A stretch of DNA of 63,425 nucleotides, filler included, from Octopus bimaculoides (lineage: Eukaryota): the NCBI RefSeq assembly GCF_001194135.2. It is 6 parts of 6 records of this genome, joined end to end, with 100 filler letters (N's around TTAATTAATTAA, not from the genome) between each part and the next. Parts side by side here need not be neighbours in the genome. Positions count along the whole stretch, not along the records: positions 51,887 to 54,133 come from NC_068992.1; positions 54,234 to 56,757 come from NC_069008.1; positions 56,858 to 63,425 come from NC_069010.1; 3 more parts are not named here. One strand, given 5' to 3'. Shown piece after piece: positions 53,335 to 63,425 of this stretch (its first letter is position 1; each line of letters starts with the position of its first letter). The position numbers and the translations under genes are program-made. The notes beneath the pieces were generated by a model. It was not told the origin of the DNA, did not search any database, and worked only from the letters and a program-made list of their open reading frames with translations.

Positions 53335-54010
53335 GTTCAGAGCAGGCTTGAACATTTTAATAAACCGTCCCTCTTTTATCTTTCTTCCAACCTGACTTGT
53401 GTCATGTAGATTGTGGAAAGGAAAAATTAGAAACATTTTCTGACCACATGTCTATATAAATGCTTAATGGAATTTGGCGAACATTGAAGTTCCGGATTTG
53501 TTGTCTGTGGACTCGTGAGCATTCCGATAACGCATTCCCTGTCTCGCCTGTATATATATAATTCCTCGCAATTTGGGCATTTAATGCAGTAGACCAAATT
53601 TCTGCTTTTGCGGTTCATATCTGCATTAGCGAAAATGTATCCCTTTTTTGTTCTAATGGATCTACCAGTATGCATGTATTGACACATTCGACATCTGTTA
53701 TCATTACACTTGAATAGTGTGAATGTTTTATCCTATTTGATCATGTTGAATTTTGCATTTGTTAATAGTTTCTTTAGGTTATGTGGTTGCATTTTGCTTA
53801 AGATAAAGGTTTGATTAGTTATTGTGTTTTCTAATTTTTCACTTTGTTTTATGATTAGCAAATTTATTTTGATGATGCTAAAAGTGTTTTGGTGATACGA
53901 TTGTGTGTTACTAGAAATGGTATTGTGTTCTTTTGATGGGTTCGTCGTTTTTGTGTTGCTCTAAGTTGTTCAATAGGTTTCACTTTTGCTCGTTTATGCC
54001 GTTGTATGGT
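53335..54010 (-). mobile_element. Penelope-like retroelement 3' fragment (linker, C-C motif, GIY-YIG endonuclease)
   Basis: Minus translation KCNDNRCRMCQY...SRNLVYCIKCPNCEELYI/GETGNALSE.SRVHRQQIRN, frameshifted at a TA slip. Upstream linker TIPFLVTHNR. Confidence 0.85.
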
Positions 54011-54056
54011 ACACAAATTCGAAACAGTGTGTGTATATATATATATATATACATAT

Positions 54057-54133
<77 letters not shown>

Positions 54134-54246
54134 NNNNNNNNNNNNNNNNNNNNNNNNNNNNNNNNNNNNNNNNNNNNTTAATTAATTAANNNNNNNNNNN
54201 NNNNNNNNNNNNNNNNNNNNNNNNNNNNNNNNNTATATATATATAT

Positions 54247-54495
54247 TGTGGCACGTAAAATACACCATTTTGAGCGTGGCCGTTGCCAGTACCGCTTGAC
54301 TGGCCTTCGTGCCAGTGGCACGTAAAAGCACTCACTACACTCTCGGAGTGGTTGGCGTTAGGAAGGGCATCCAGCCGTAGAAACTCTGCCAAATCAGATT
54401 GGAGCCTGGTGTAGCCATCTGGTTCACCAGTCCTCAGTCAAATTGTCCAACCCATGCTAGCATGGAAAGCAGACGTTAAACGATGATGATGATGA
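54247..54495 (+). mobile_element. SINE-like family C with a (GAT)n tail
   Basis: ggagtggttggcgttaggaagggcatccagc ... ccaacccatgctagcatggaaagcagacgttaaacgatgatgat. Other copies: ~1890-2015, 7585-7740, 16855-16960(-), 18380-18430, 61748-61855, 63360-63425. Confidence 0.85.
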
Positions 54496-54859
54496 TATAT
54501 ATATATATATATATATAGATGTTTTGCAAAGAAAGAAAACATCTATATATACACACATACATATACATACACACACACACACATACACATGTATCTACAC
54601 ATACATACATGCATGCATACATGCATACATACGTACATACATACATACAAATATATATATATATGTATGTATATACACATATATACATATGTATATGTAT
54701 GTATGTATGTATGGACTACTTACGTAAAGTTATTTATTTCGTTCAATAAAACCGTGTATTATTCCTACACTAATGCATTCGATATTTTTACTTTTAAACT
54801 GTGGCTTTCTTGGTTTTGGTATAAACATGTGCAACTGTTAATATGCGTATATATGCATA

Positions 54860-54907
<48 letters not shown>

Positions 54908-56220
54908 CATACATATATATGTGTACATATGTATATATATATATAAATATATATTATATTCATATTCATATATACAGAGACACAAGCAAACACTGGTTGG
55001 CATACATGTGCATAAATGTATATATGTACGTATATGCATATATATATATATATGTTTGTGTGTGTATATATATAAGTATATGTGTGTGTACATATATGTA
55101 TATATGTATATAGTATATATATAAATACATATACTAACACACGTTTATATATACATATATAAACAATTATATATATATATGTTTACAAATGTATATATGT
55201 ATGGCTGCATTAGCATTTGTCTGTATATATATATATGTCCATGCGTGTATGTCTCCATGTGCATGTCTGTATATGTGACACAGACACAAATGGATCTCAT
55301 CACATATTTTGAAATTTATCTCAAAAAAAAAAACCACATTCTTTTCAAAGCTTTACGTAATGATACAATAATCCCTCTGTGGACAGAATATGGCTGTTAT
55401 TTCTTTTTTTTGGCAAAGGTCAAAGAAGGCCACAAATGGACAAGAGATTTGTTGCATCATTCATTTTAATTTTGGCTTTGGATTTACTCTTTTATTCTTT
55501 ACAGAACCATCTTGGAGACAGAATCTGTCATGTCAGCAATTGGTTTATATCAGCAGTTTTTAACCATTTTTCTTAGTGCTCCCTTTTTCAGTAGTTGCTA
55601 TGCCCGGTGCCTACCAAAGTGGTGTGTGAGGCATCATGACTAAACTAGCTTAACAAAGATGATAATTTATAAAAATTTGAGTGGCTGTGTGGTAAGTAGC
55701 TTGCTTACGAACCACATGGTTCCAGGTTCAGTCCCACTGCGTGGCACCTTGGGCAAGTGTGAAGGCACATAGCTTAGTGGTTAGGGATTCAACTGATGAT
55801 TGTGAGGTCATGAGTTCAATTCCTGGCAACCCATTGTATCCTTAAACAAGACACTTCATTTCACGTCGCTCCATTTCATTCAGCTGGCAGAAATGAGCTG
55901 TACCTGTAATTCAAAAGGGGCCAGCATTGTCACACTGAATCTCCTCGAGAACTATGTTAAGAGTTATGCACGTCTATGGAGTACTCAGCCACTTACATGT
56001 TAATTTCACATGCAGGCTGTTCTGTCAATCAGGTCGACTGGAATACACCTCACCATGATCAACTGAGTGCCATTTTCTTTTTTTCCCCCTTTTATACATG
56101 ACACTCCACCCTCCCCTGCCCTTATTTCCACGTCTCCCTCCCATCAAGATGCTTACGTAGGAAGAACGAAACAACAACAAGGAATTTACATGGAATATTT
56201 CCATCTCCAACACACACGAG

Positions 56221-56252
56221 CTACCAATCGCTGTCTCCGCCGGCCATTTTCC
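56221..56252. promoter_or_regulatory. YY1-type motif (CCGGCCATTTT / AAAATGGCCG) in a candidate promoter or first-exon region
   Basis: ccgccggccattttcc at 56238-56252 in unique, CpG-containing sequence ~5 kb upstream of the RS exon. On the minus strand it also forms AAAATGGCC. Confidence 0.35.
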
Positions 56253-56479
56253 TAAACAAGTTAATTCAACCGTGACATTCTAAAACTCCTTGGAATTATC
56301 TCGACTTTTGGATCCCAGGATGCTGGTGATTGGTGCAGAGCTTCTCTTTTTCTATTTCTTGCTGCCCTCAAGGAAAATATTCTAATGAATTAGAATTTGT
56401 CACGAACAGCATTTAATATGCCATTGTCACACAATTCATACACACACACATATATATGCATACATATATATATATGTGT

Positions 56480-56537
<58 letters not shown>

Positions 56538-56611
56538 TAAAAATGGGGAAGGCAAGTATTGTTCTACATCTTAAAGGGTGCTTCTTCTCCGGATTTATGT
56601 TTTCTACAAAC

Positions 56612-56647
<36 letters not shown>

Positions 56648-57842
56648 TATACATACATATATGTATATTTATATATATATATAATTAATCCAAAAACAAA
56701 CAGAGAAAAAAAAACAACAATGCAAGGATGTGGTACATGCAAAGTATATATATATATNNNNNNNNNNNNNNNNNNNNNNNNNNNNNNNNNNNNNNNNNNN
56801 NTTAATTAATTAANNNNNNNNNNNNNNNNNNNNNNNNNNNNNNNNNNNNNNNNNNNNCCCTCCCTTTCGAACTCCCTTCCCTCTCTTTTTACTTTTTTCT
56901 CCATCTACCCTCTTTTTGTTTCTTATTTCTTTATTGCCCACAGGGCGGCTAAACATAGAGGGGACAAACAAGGACAGACAAAGGGATTAAGTCAATGACA
57001 TCGACCGCAGTGCGTAACTGGTACTTAATTTATTGGCCCCGAAAGGATGAAAGGCAAAGTCGACCTTGGCGGAATTTGAACTCAGAACATAACGGCAGAC
57101 GAAATACCGCTAAGCATTTCGCCCGGCGTGCTAACGTTTCTGCCACCTCGCTGCCCTCTTTTTGTTTCTGTCTTCATCTTTTCTGTTTCTCTCTTCCTGT
57201 CCATTCTGTCTTCCTCCCTATTCTCCTCTCTTTCTTCTCCTCTTTCTCCATCTATCTTATCCCTTCTAATCTTCTTTCCTTATGTATTGTAAGTTACAAT
57301 TCCCTCTTATAATAGTTTTCTCTCTTGATATCCGTTGTAATGTCCCCTCCACTTCTTTAATTGTCTTTAAGTGTTTTGAATGTTTTCCAGTTTCCATATA
57401 AAAGCTGAGATGACTGTTGAAAATCTTTTTTGTAGTAGATAGCCTGTACAATGAATAAATCACATGTGGAGGAGATGACAATGAAAGTTGGTGACAGAAT
57501 ACTGTAATATATATGTATCTATTAGTACTGTCCAGATGATACGATCATCTGATAGATCTGACTGTCCTTGGGTCATAGGTTTTTTTTTTTTAACTAATCA
57601 CACAGTTCATCATTTTTGTGTTATAGCTATCATTTATATCTAGTTGTGCCATTCAAACAGTTGTGAGCAATAATGAAATAGAACAATCAGAAAATAAAAT
57701 CTCAGTTGTAGGAAAACTTCAGACCTGTCACTAAACATCCAACAGAGAAGAAGGGAGACTATTATGGTAAAACACTTAATAGTATCTGGTGTAATGTACA
57801 CTAGCTTAGTGTCATGTATAATGATGAAACATGATGAAGTAA

Positions 57843-58025
57843 AGCAGTGGTTCTCAACAAGGGTCCTTATGGCCCTTGGAAGTCCATATACGATTTCATT
57901 AAAATTTATGGGCAATAAAATAGTCATACTTCTACAATATGCAAAATATTTTAATTTTTTTTCTACATTTCCTAATAATAATCATAAAAAATATTATAGG
58001 AGTTTCTAGGCATTGAATAACTGTG
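57843..58025. mobile_element. hAT-like MITE (CAGTGGTTCTCAAC terminus)
   Basis: A related copy occurs inverted at ~900-1100 (ending gttgaaaaccattg), split from its remainder near 1420-1560 by the piggyBac MITE region. Confidence 0.5.
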
Positions 58026-59003
58026 AGGGTTCCCAACCCACACTCCTAGTAAAATAGGAATCAAAGGGGCCCAGCCATGCTATACCCATCCATTATGATA
58101 AAGGGAGAAGGGGTATTACCATCTCACCAAAGGGAAGTGCTGGTATTTGGATAAATTCCTAAACCTTGATATAATCACATGCACCCTGACATTCTGCAAA
58201 ATGCACAAAAACTGGTTTATTACTTATTGATATTAATCTACTAGATAAATGGCTGGCTAGAATCTTCTGAACTGAACCCTATACAAAATGTATGGGTTCA
58301 TATCAAAAAAAGAAAATTGCATCTTGTACAGTTTAATTAATTTTAGATTTAATTAGACACCGGACATAACCCCAGATTAGCGTTAAAATTTGGTTGAAAG
58401 CGGGGTTGACAGCATTAGGGCTGTATTGGAAGTAGGGGTAGGCTGGAATCTATAAGCGTTGAGTAGTATATAACATTGATATTTGTTTTTGAGTTTTGTT
58501 AACTTTATGTAGATTTTCAAAAACTTACTTGTACTGGTGTATGAACACTTTTGAGACCAGAACTCTCTGTGTGTTTCTTTTCTTTTACATGTTTCAGTCA
58601 TTAGACTGCAGCCATGCAGGGGTACCATCTTGATGAATTTAGTCAAGCAAATTGCCTTAGAAAATTTTTTTAAAGTCTGGTTTTATTTACTGTGCATGCA
58701 GAGAGTATTCAATATCCAAAGACATGTGCTTTCTCACTAGTGTGTGCTTACAGTGAAATTTGGTTTTCAATCAAGATGTTGCTACTAATATATTATAAAC
58801 TATGTTTTTTTATTGTGAAATCTTTGTTGAACTGCATACCAGTTTCTTGAAGTGACAATAGGATATTTCGAAAAAAATCAAAAGAGCAACAGACAGAACA
58901 TAAAGTGATGCAGGCTTATGACTGAGTTCAAATCCCATCAAAACAAACTTTGTTTCAGGGGTTGATAAAATAATGTACCTGTCAAGCACTGGCCTTATTT
59001 GTT

Positions 59004-59080
59004 AGTCAGATGATGATTTTTTTGAATTAAACATCATCGGCTGTCTTCTTCCTACATGTATCCATAGGTCTCTGACTGGA
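59004..59080 (+). ncRNA. Candidate intronic C/D-box snoRNA
   Basis: C box ATGATGA at 59010-59016 and D box CTGA at 59072-59075, preceded by U. Terminal stem tcag/ctgg, ~75 nt, probably intronic to the RS gene. No rRNA target was recognised. Confidence 0.3.
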
Positions 59081-60638
59081 TTGGAACCAGTCATCTCAAG
59101 AGAGAAATAATATATATGTACATAAAATATTTACATCTATGTTGTTGTTTTTTTTTTACCTGCACTTATAGCTAGGTATTCCTGGATGTATGTGTAGTAA
59201 CAGACTGCATTTGAAAAACGAACTTTTGTTCCTATATTTTATATTACTGAGAGCAAATTTACTAATATTTTACTTCTCTGCTTATTTTAGAGAAGAGAAG
59301 TTGTAATATCATCTTTGCTCTGTTCTGCTTGGTCCTGCCCTACTTTTCTGAGAATTCTGTTTCTTTTATTGGTTTCCATTATTAGACTGTAGCTTTGCTG
59401 GGGTACCACCTTCAGTCATATTGACCCCAGTACTTACATCAGTCTGGTACTCATTAATCAAGCTCTGTTTGTCAAACTGCTAAGTTACAGGAGATACAGG
59501 GAAGCAGTTTATCCAATGTTGGTTTTTAGACCTGTGTAAATGTAAACATTGATCTGTGCATACAGCAGAGGGGTTTAAGAAATTTGCTTTGTAACCACAA
59601 GGTCCTTGGTTTAATCTTAGAATGGCGGCTTGGTTTGACCCAAACCTTGTAAGTGTAATTCAGGTTGAAAGAAAATGTGTAGAGCCCTTTGGGATGGACT
59701 TTACCTGTAATTGAAAGGTCTAGTTTTGTCACAGGATGTATTAGGCTGATTCTACATGTGAATTTTGTCATGGGTACATGTCTGTGAAATACTTGGCCAT
59801 TTTGCATGCAGATCCAATGAGTTGTCCAGTTGATCAAAGAAATTGCTTGTATGCAGAAAGGAGTCCAACAGCTACATGCATGCATGTGCGCACACACTTT
59901 GACATGTGCATTCACATGATGGGCTTCTGCACAGTCTCCATCTACCAGATTGTCACTCACAAAGTATTAGTTAGCTTGACACTATAGAAATACTTGTCCA
60001 GGGTGCTGTGCAGTAGGACCAATCTGGGACCCAAGATCCACAGTTTGAAAGCAAACTTCTTAACTACACAGCTATGCCTGCTCTAAATTTCCGAAACGTT
60101 TTTCTCTTTCTATCTCTCTGGATATTTTTGAAGCTGCAGGAACAGTCTCCATCTCTCCCTCTTTTGTACCCCACCCCTGTTTTGTCAGATGGGATGCTTT
60201 AAGGGAGCAGAAAGTATGAATTAGCTATTATTGTTCTCTCTCTCTTTCTCTCCCTATTTTTCCAGCAACCATTTCAGAAAATATAACCATCCAAACAAAC
60301 TTGCAAGCAGTTCCGAAAAGATTTCTCAGTCAAGACAGTATGCGGATTACAACAAATACAATAAGTATATACACCAGTTATTATGTTTGTCTTTTTTTTT
60401 CTTGTCAAGTGCTCTCTCTTTCTATCTCTCTCTCTCTCTGTCTCCCTGTCTCTAATCTTCTCTCTCATATTATTACTTTGAACGATTAATTTGTTTTCAT
60501 TTCAGTACATAGTTCAAGTAATTAACTCTTTCACAACCATGTCTCTTATGAAACACTCTACCCTGTCAATGTTTTAGTTAATTCAGGAAAATAATAAAAT
60601 TGGCAAGGATTGAGTAAAATAATTGTTTCATTATCTAA

Positions 60639-60834
60639 CCCTTTTGTTATCATATTTCTGTTGAGATGCTCTGTGTTTCTTTCAATTAATTTTAAATATA
60701 AGTAATCATTAAGCTAGTGTTAGGAACATAGATTGACTAAGGTTTGGTGGAAGATTTTAATTCAGAACTTTAGAAAAGGTGACATTTATACTACAGAGCT
60801 AGAGGCAGTTTCAGCCAGGTTCGTATCAAAAGGG
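60639..60834. mobile_element. piggyBac-type MITE, same family as 1194-1415
   Basis: ctaa|cccttttgttatc ... gtatcaaaaggg|ttaa, with shared internal sequence (gctagtgttaggaac, ctaaggtttggtggaagattttaattca). Confidence 0.85.
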
Positions 60835-61149
60835 TTAAATAGCATTTGATTGACTACTGTTTAAAAGAAGGAAATTGGACAATGTGGTTCCTGATATGCC
60901 AAAAAAATCTTTGGGGTTTAATTATTTGCTTTCATTCACAAGACACATGCAAAAAAAAAAACTACAGTGTCCTATTGCATAAGATATACTATGGTATTCT
61001 TCATATTTACTGGTTACTTAGAATTATTGTTTGACAATTTGAATGTAAAAACTGTTGAATATTTTTTTCTTTTCTTCCCTTCAGGAGCCTGTCTATTTTC
61101 TTATTTGTGGGTGGCATCTTAAATAACACTTGCTTTTCTTTTCATGAAG

Positions 61150-61404
61150 AAGCCCTGATCGCCGCAGCCGCCGCGAAAAGTCTGACCGTAAACGTAGCCG
61201 CAGCCGAGAGAAAAAGAGCAACCGTGACAAAGAACGCAGGCGAAGTCATACTCCGAGCCCTCCAAGTAGGAGCCGGGAAAGGTATGCAGGTAGTGCCAAG
61301 CGAAGTAGAAGTCGCTCACCGTACAAGGGTCGAGGTGCACGTGGAGAGAAACCGTACCGGCGTAGCATGAGCAAGAGTCCGCTGCGGTCTTATGAATTTG
61401 TCAG
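61150..61404 (+). CDS. Internal exon of an arginine/serine-rich (RS-domain, SR-like) protein
   Basis: The frame from 61151 reads SPDRRSRREKSDRKRSRSREKKSNRDKERRRSHTPSPPSRSRERYAGSAKRSRSRSPYKGRGARGEKPYRRSMSKSPLRSYEFV(R). Acceptor ttttcttttcatgaag, donor AG|gtgagt. Length 255 nt, phase 2-2, GC/CpG-rich against an AT-rich background. The gene was not identified; the RBM39/RBM23 and RSRC2 N-terminal regions are only loosely similar from memory. Confidence 0.85.
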
Positions 61405-62009
61405 GTGAGTAGTAATGTTTAGAAGATAGCCCTATGATGGTCACCACTACTGTTTACATCGAGTTGCACTATTGGCTGTGTTACAGTTACTACATTTCAT
61501 AGTATATAAAATACAGTTTCCCCCCTCCAAAAATGTCTCAAAAAGAAAAAGAAAAAAAACACTCCATTTTCTTTGTGAAGTTGGGCCTCTATACTTTATG
61601 CTTTAATCTAGGCTAATTTTAATCCATACAGTCAATGTTTTCTGTTTCACCTGATTTCATAAAGGTTAACTTTTTATATACAATGTTTTCTGTTATACCA
61701 AATGTATTTTGTAATGTACAGCTAGTTTGCTTTAAAAATTAATTAGTACACTCTGTGGAGTGGTTGGCATTAGGAAGGACATCTAGCTATAGCAACCATG
61801 CCAGAACAGACAACAGAGCCCAGTGCAGCCCCTGGCCTTACCAGCTCTAATTAAACCCAGGCTTTCATAGAAAATGGACTTTAAAAACATTTTTTACTGA
61901 ATATGCACTGCTGAAATTGGGGTGCATCTTTTATGCCATCACGTATGGTGAGCCCTTGTCTTGGTTTAATACAGCCACTAGCCCCAACTAGCCCTTGGTT
62001 TGTCTTTAG

Positions 62010-62058
62010 CAGAGTCCCTATTTTTGCAAAGATTAAGGTCCTTATCTCTAGTATGAAG
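62010..62058 (+). other. Candidate cassette exon downstream of the RS exon
   Basis: Acceptor ttggtttgtctttag|cag (NAGNAG), donor AAG|gtagat. 49 or 46 nt, so not a multiple of 3. Open reading RVPIFAKIKVLISSMK. Confidence 0.3.
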
Positions 62059-62807
62059 GTAGATAACTTGATGTGTTGCTGTCTAGCTGCAGGAACCATG
62101 GACGTTTCTCTTCCCTCTCTGCCTTTTGCCATGGAAACCCTGTAAAAAGTTCAAGGACACTACTTTTTTTCTTCCTTGAGTTTTAGCCATAAAACGAGTT
62201 TGCGAGAAATAGCATTCAAGACTCTTACTAAATTGAACACTACCATCTTATAAATGCTGTATTGGATATTGTAGTCCAAGGTATACAAAAAGATGGGATG
62301 GTCATATGGCTAGAACACCTTTGATTGATGGAACTAAACAATAATGAATTTTAAAAAATTGCATTGGATGCATACCCTGTGCACAAATAAAGTTTTGGTA
62401 AATTATTTTTGCAATGAGTTGGCAAAAAATGTTATTTTAGGGGGGTTTGGAATCAAAATTAAGAAAAACCAACCTAAAATGAATCTCCAATTTTTCACTG
62501 AAGAATTATGCATGTTAAAAAGAACTTTCTATTTCAATACTTTTACAGTGAAATGCTAAAACACAAGTTGACAAAGAAAACCAACAGTTGTTTTGGAAAG
62601 TCCAGTGATACATATGAATAAAATCTGCATATGACTCAATAAATGATTATTCAAATAAATAATCATGGTCATGAATAATCATGATTATGAAAAAGAAAGT
62701 TAAAAAAATGAAATACAGTAAATATTGCATAGAATTTGAGAAATATTTTGAACACTTTTCAATGATGGCAGGTGAATCAAATGTACTGTAGTTTGTTGTA
62801 GGATATA

Positions 62808-62887
62808 AATAATATGACTACTTGCTTATTGGGAAATTTGTAATAATTTATAATAATATGACTACTTGCTTATCGGGAAATTTGTAA
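62808..62887 (+). repeat. 36-bp direct duplication
   Basis: aataatatgactacttgcttatYgggaaatttgtaa occurs twice, 8 nt apart. Confidence 0.85.
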
Positions 62888-63425
62888 GTTCAGTTTAAAA
62901 AGAAGAAAAAAAATTGTTTTAAATATCACCATTATAGGTATTTATATTCCAGTGAAATTAAGAAATCAACTCATAAATAAATGAAACTCTCGAATCCATC
63001 ACTGTATACACACATGCACAAGGAGAGAGAGAGTTGCATATCTATGTATGTATTTATGTAAGTTTGAAGATAATTAAACCAAATTTTCATCATTTTGAGC
63101 CACTCACCCATTGAGTATTTCTGCCAAATTTGATGAAAATCCATTCAGCTGTTTTCCAGTTATTTTGCAAACACACAGACAGAGAGGCGAGTGATTATAA
63201 TACTGTGTCCCCTAGTCTTGACATCATAAGATAATTGTAAACAAGTGTCTTTATCATTGAAACAGTGTCATTGATTTCCAGTCTTCTATAAGGATTTCTT
63301 ATCTTATATGGAAGTTAGGATTGGTGACATGAAAGGTTTCTGATCATTAAAAAAAAAAACCCTCTGCTCAAAGAATCCTGTCTGAATCATGCAAGCATGG
63401 AGAAGTAGACATTAAAATGATGTTG

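Noticed and set aside
61107-61370. Track ORF MGGILNN...TGVA as the real product
   Set aside because: It is the shifted frame of the RS exon and starts at GTG. It is relevant only as the product of the upstream acceptor.
61150-61404. Naming the RS exon RBM39
   Set aside because: SKSP.R and the phase-2 VR ending are suggestive, but the expected first exon (DIEAMLEAPY) and the RRM exons are not visible in this window.

Overview
This is eukaryotic genomic DNA: AT-rich, gappy, and dense in microsatellites. The SINE, LINE and MITE content looks like an octopod cephalopod (inference from repeat style, not a database match). Most six-frame ORFs are artefacts of (AT)n, (CA)n, (GATA)n, (TAA)n or N-gaps. 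Host-gene signal is sparse. There is one convincing exon of an RS-domain (SR-like) protein at 61150-61404 (+), one well-bounded Ser-rich exon at 19822-19952 (+), and a few weaker exon or promoter candidates. The rest is transposon debris: at least four SINE families, R4/Dong, RTE, CR1/L2 and Penelope fragments, a maT/mariner transposase relic, and hAT, piggyBac and Tc1-mariner MITEs. Main points of interest: (1) a complete type I hammerhead ribozyme fold at 9951-10104 (-), with a palindromic minimal stem III and a long stem II, inside a ~370 bp (TA)n-flanked element, plus a decayed second motif at ~17900; (2) a stack of same-orientation (TAA)n-associated R4/Dong insertions, one with a 31-bp minisatellite made from its own coding sequence; (3) several long inverted repeats; (4) competing splice acceptors at the RS exon that suggest unproductive-splicing autoregulation. 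No CRISPR array, rRNA or true tRNA gene was seen.
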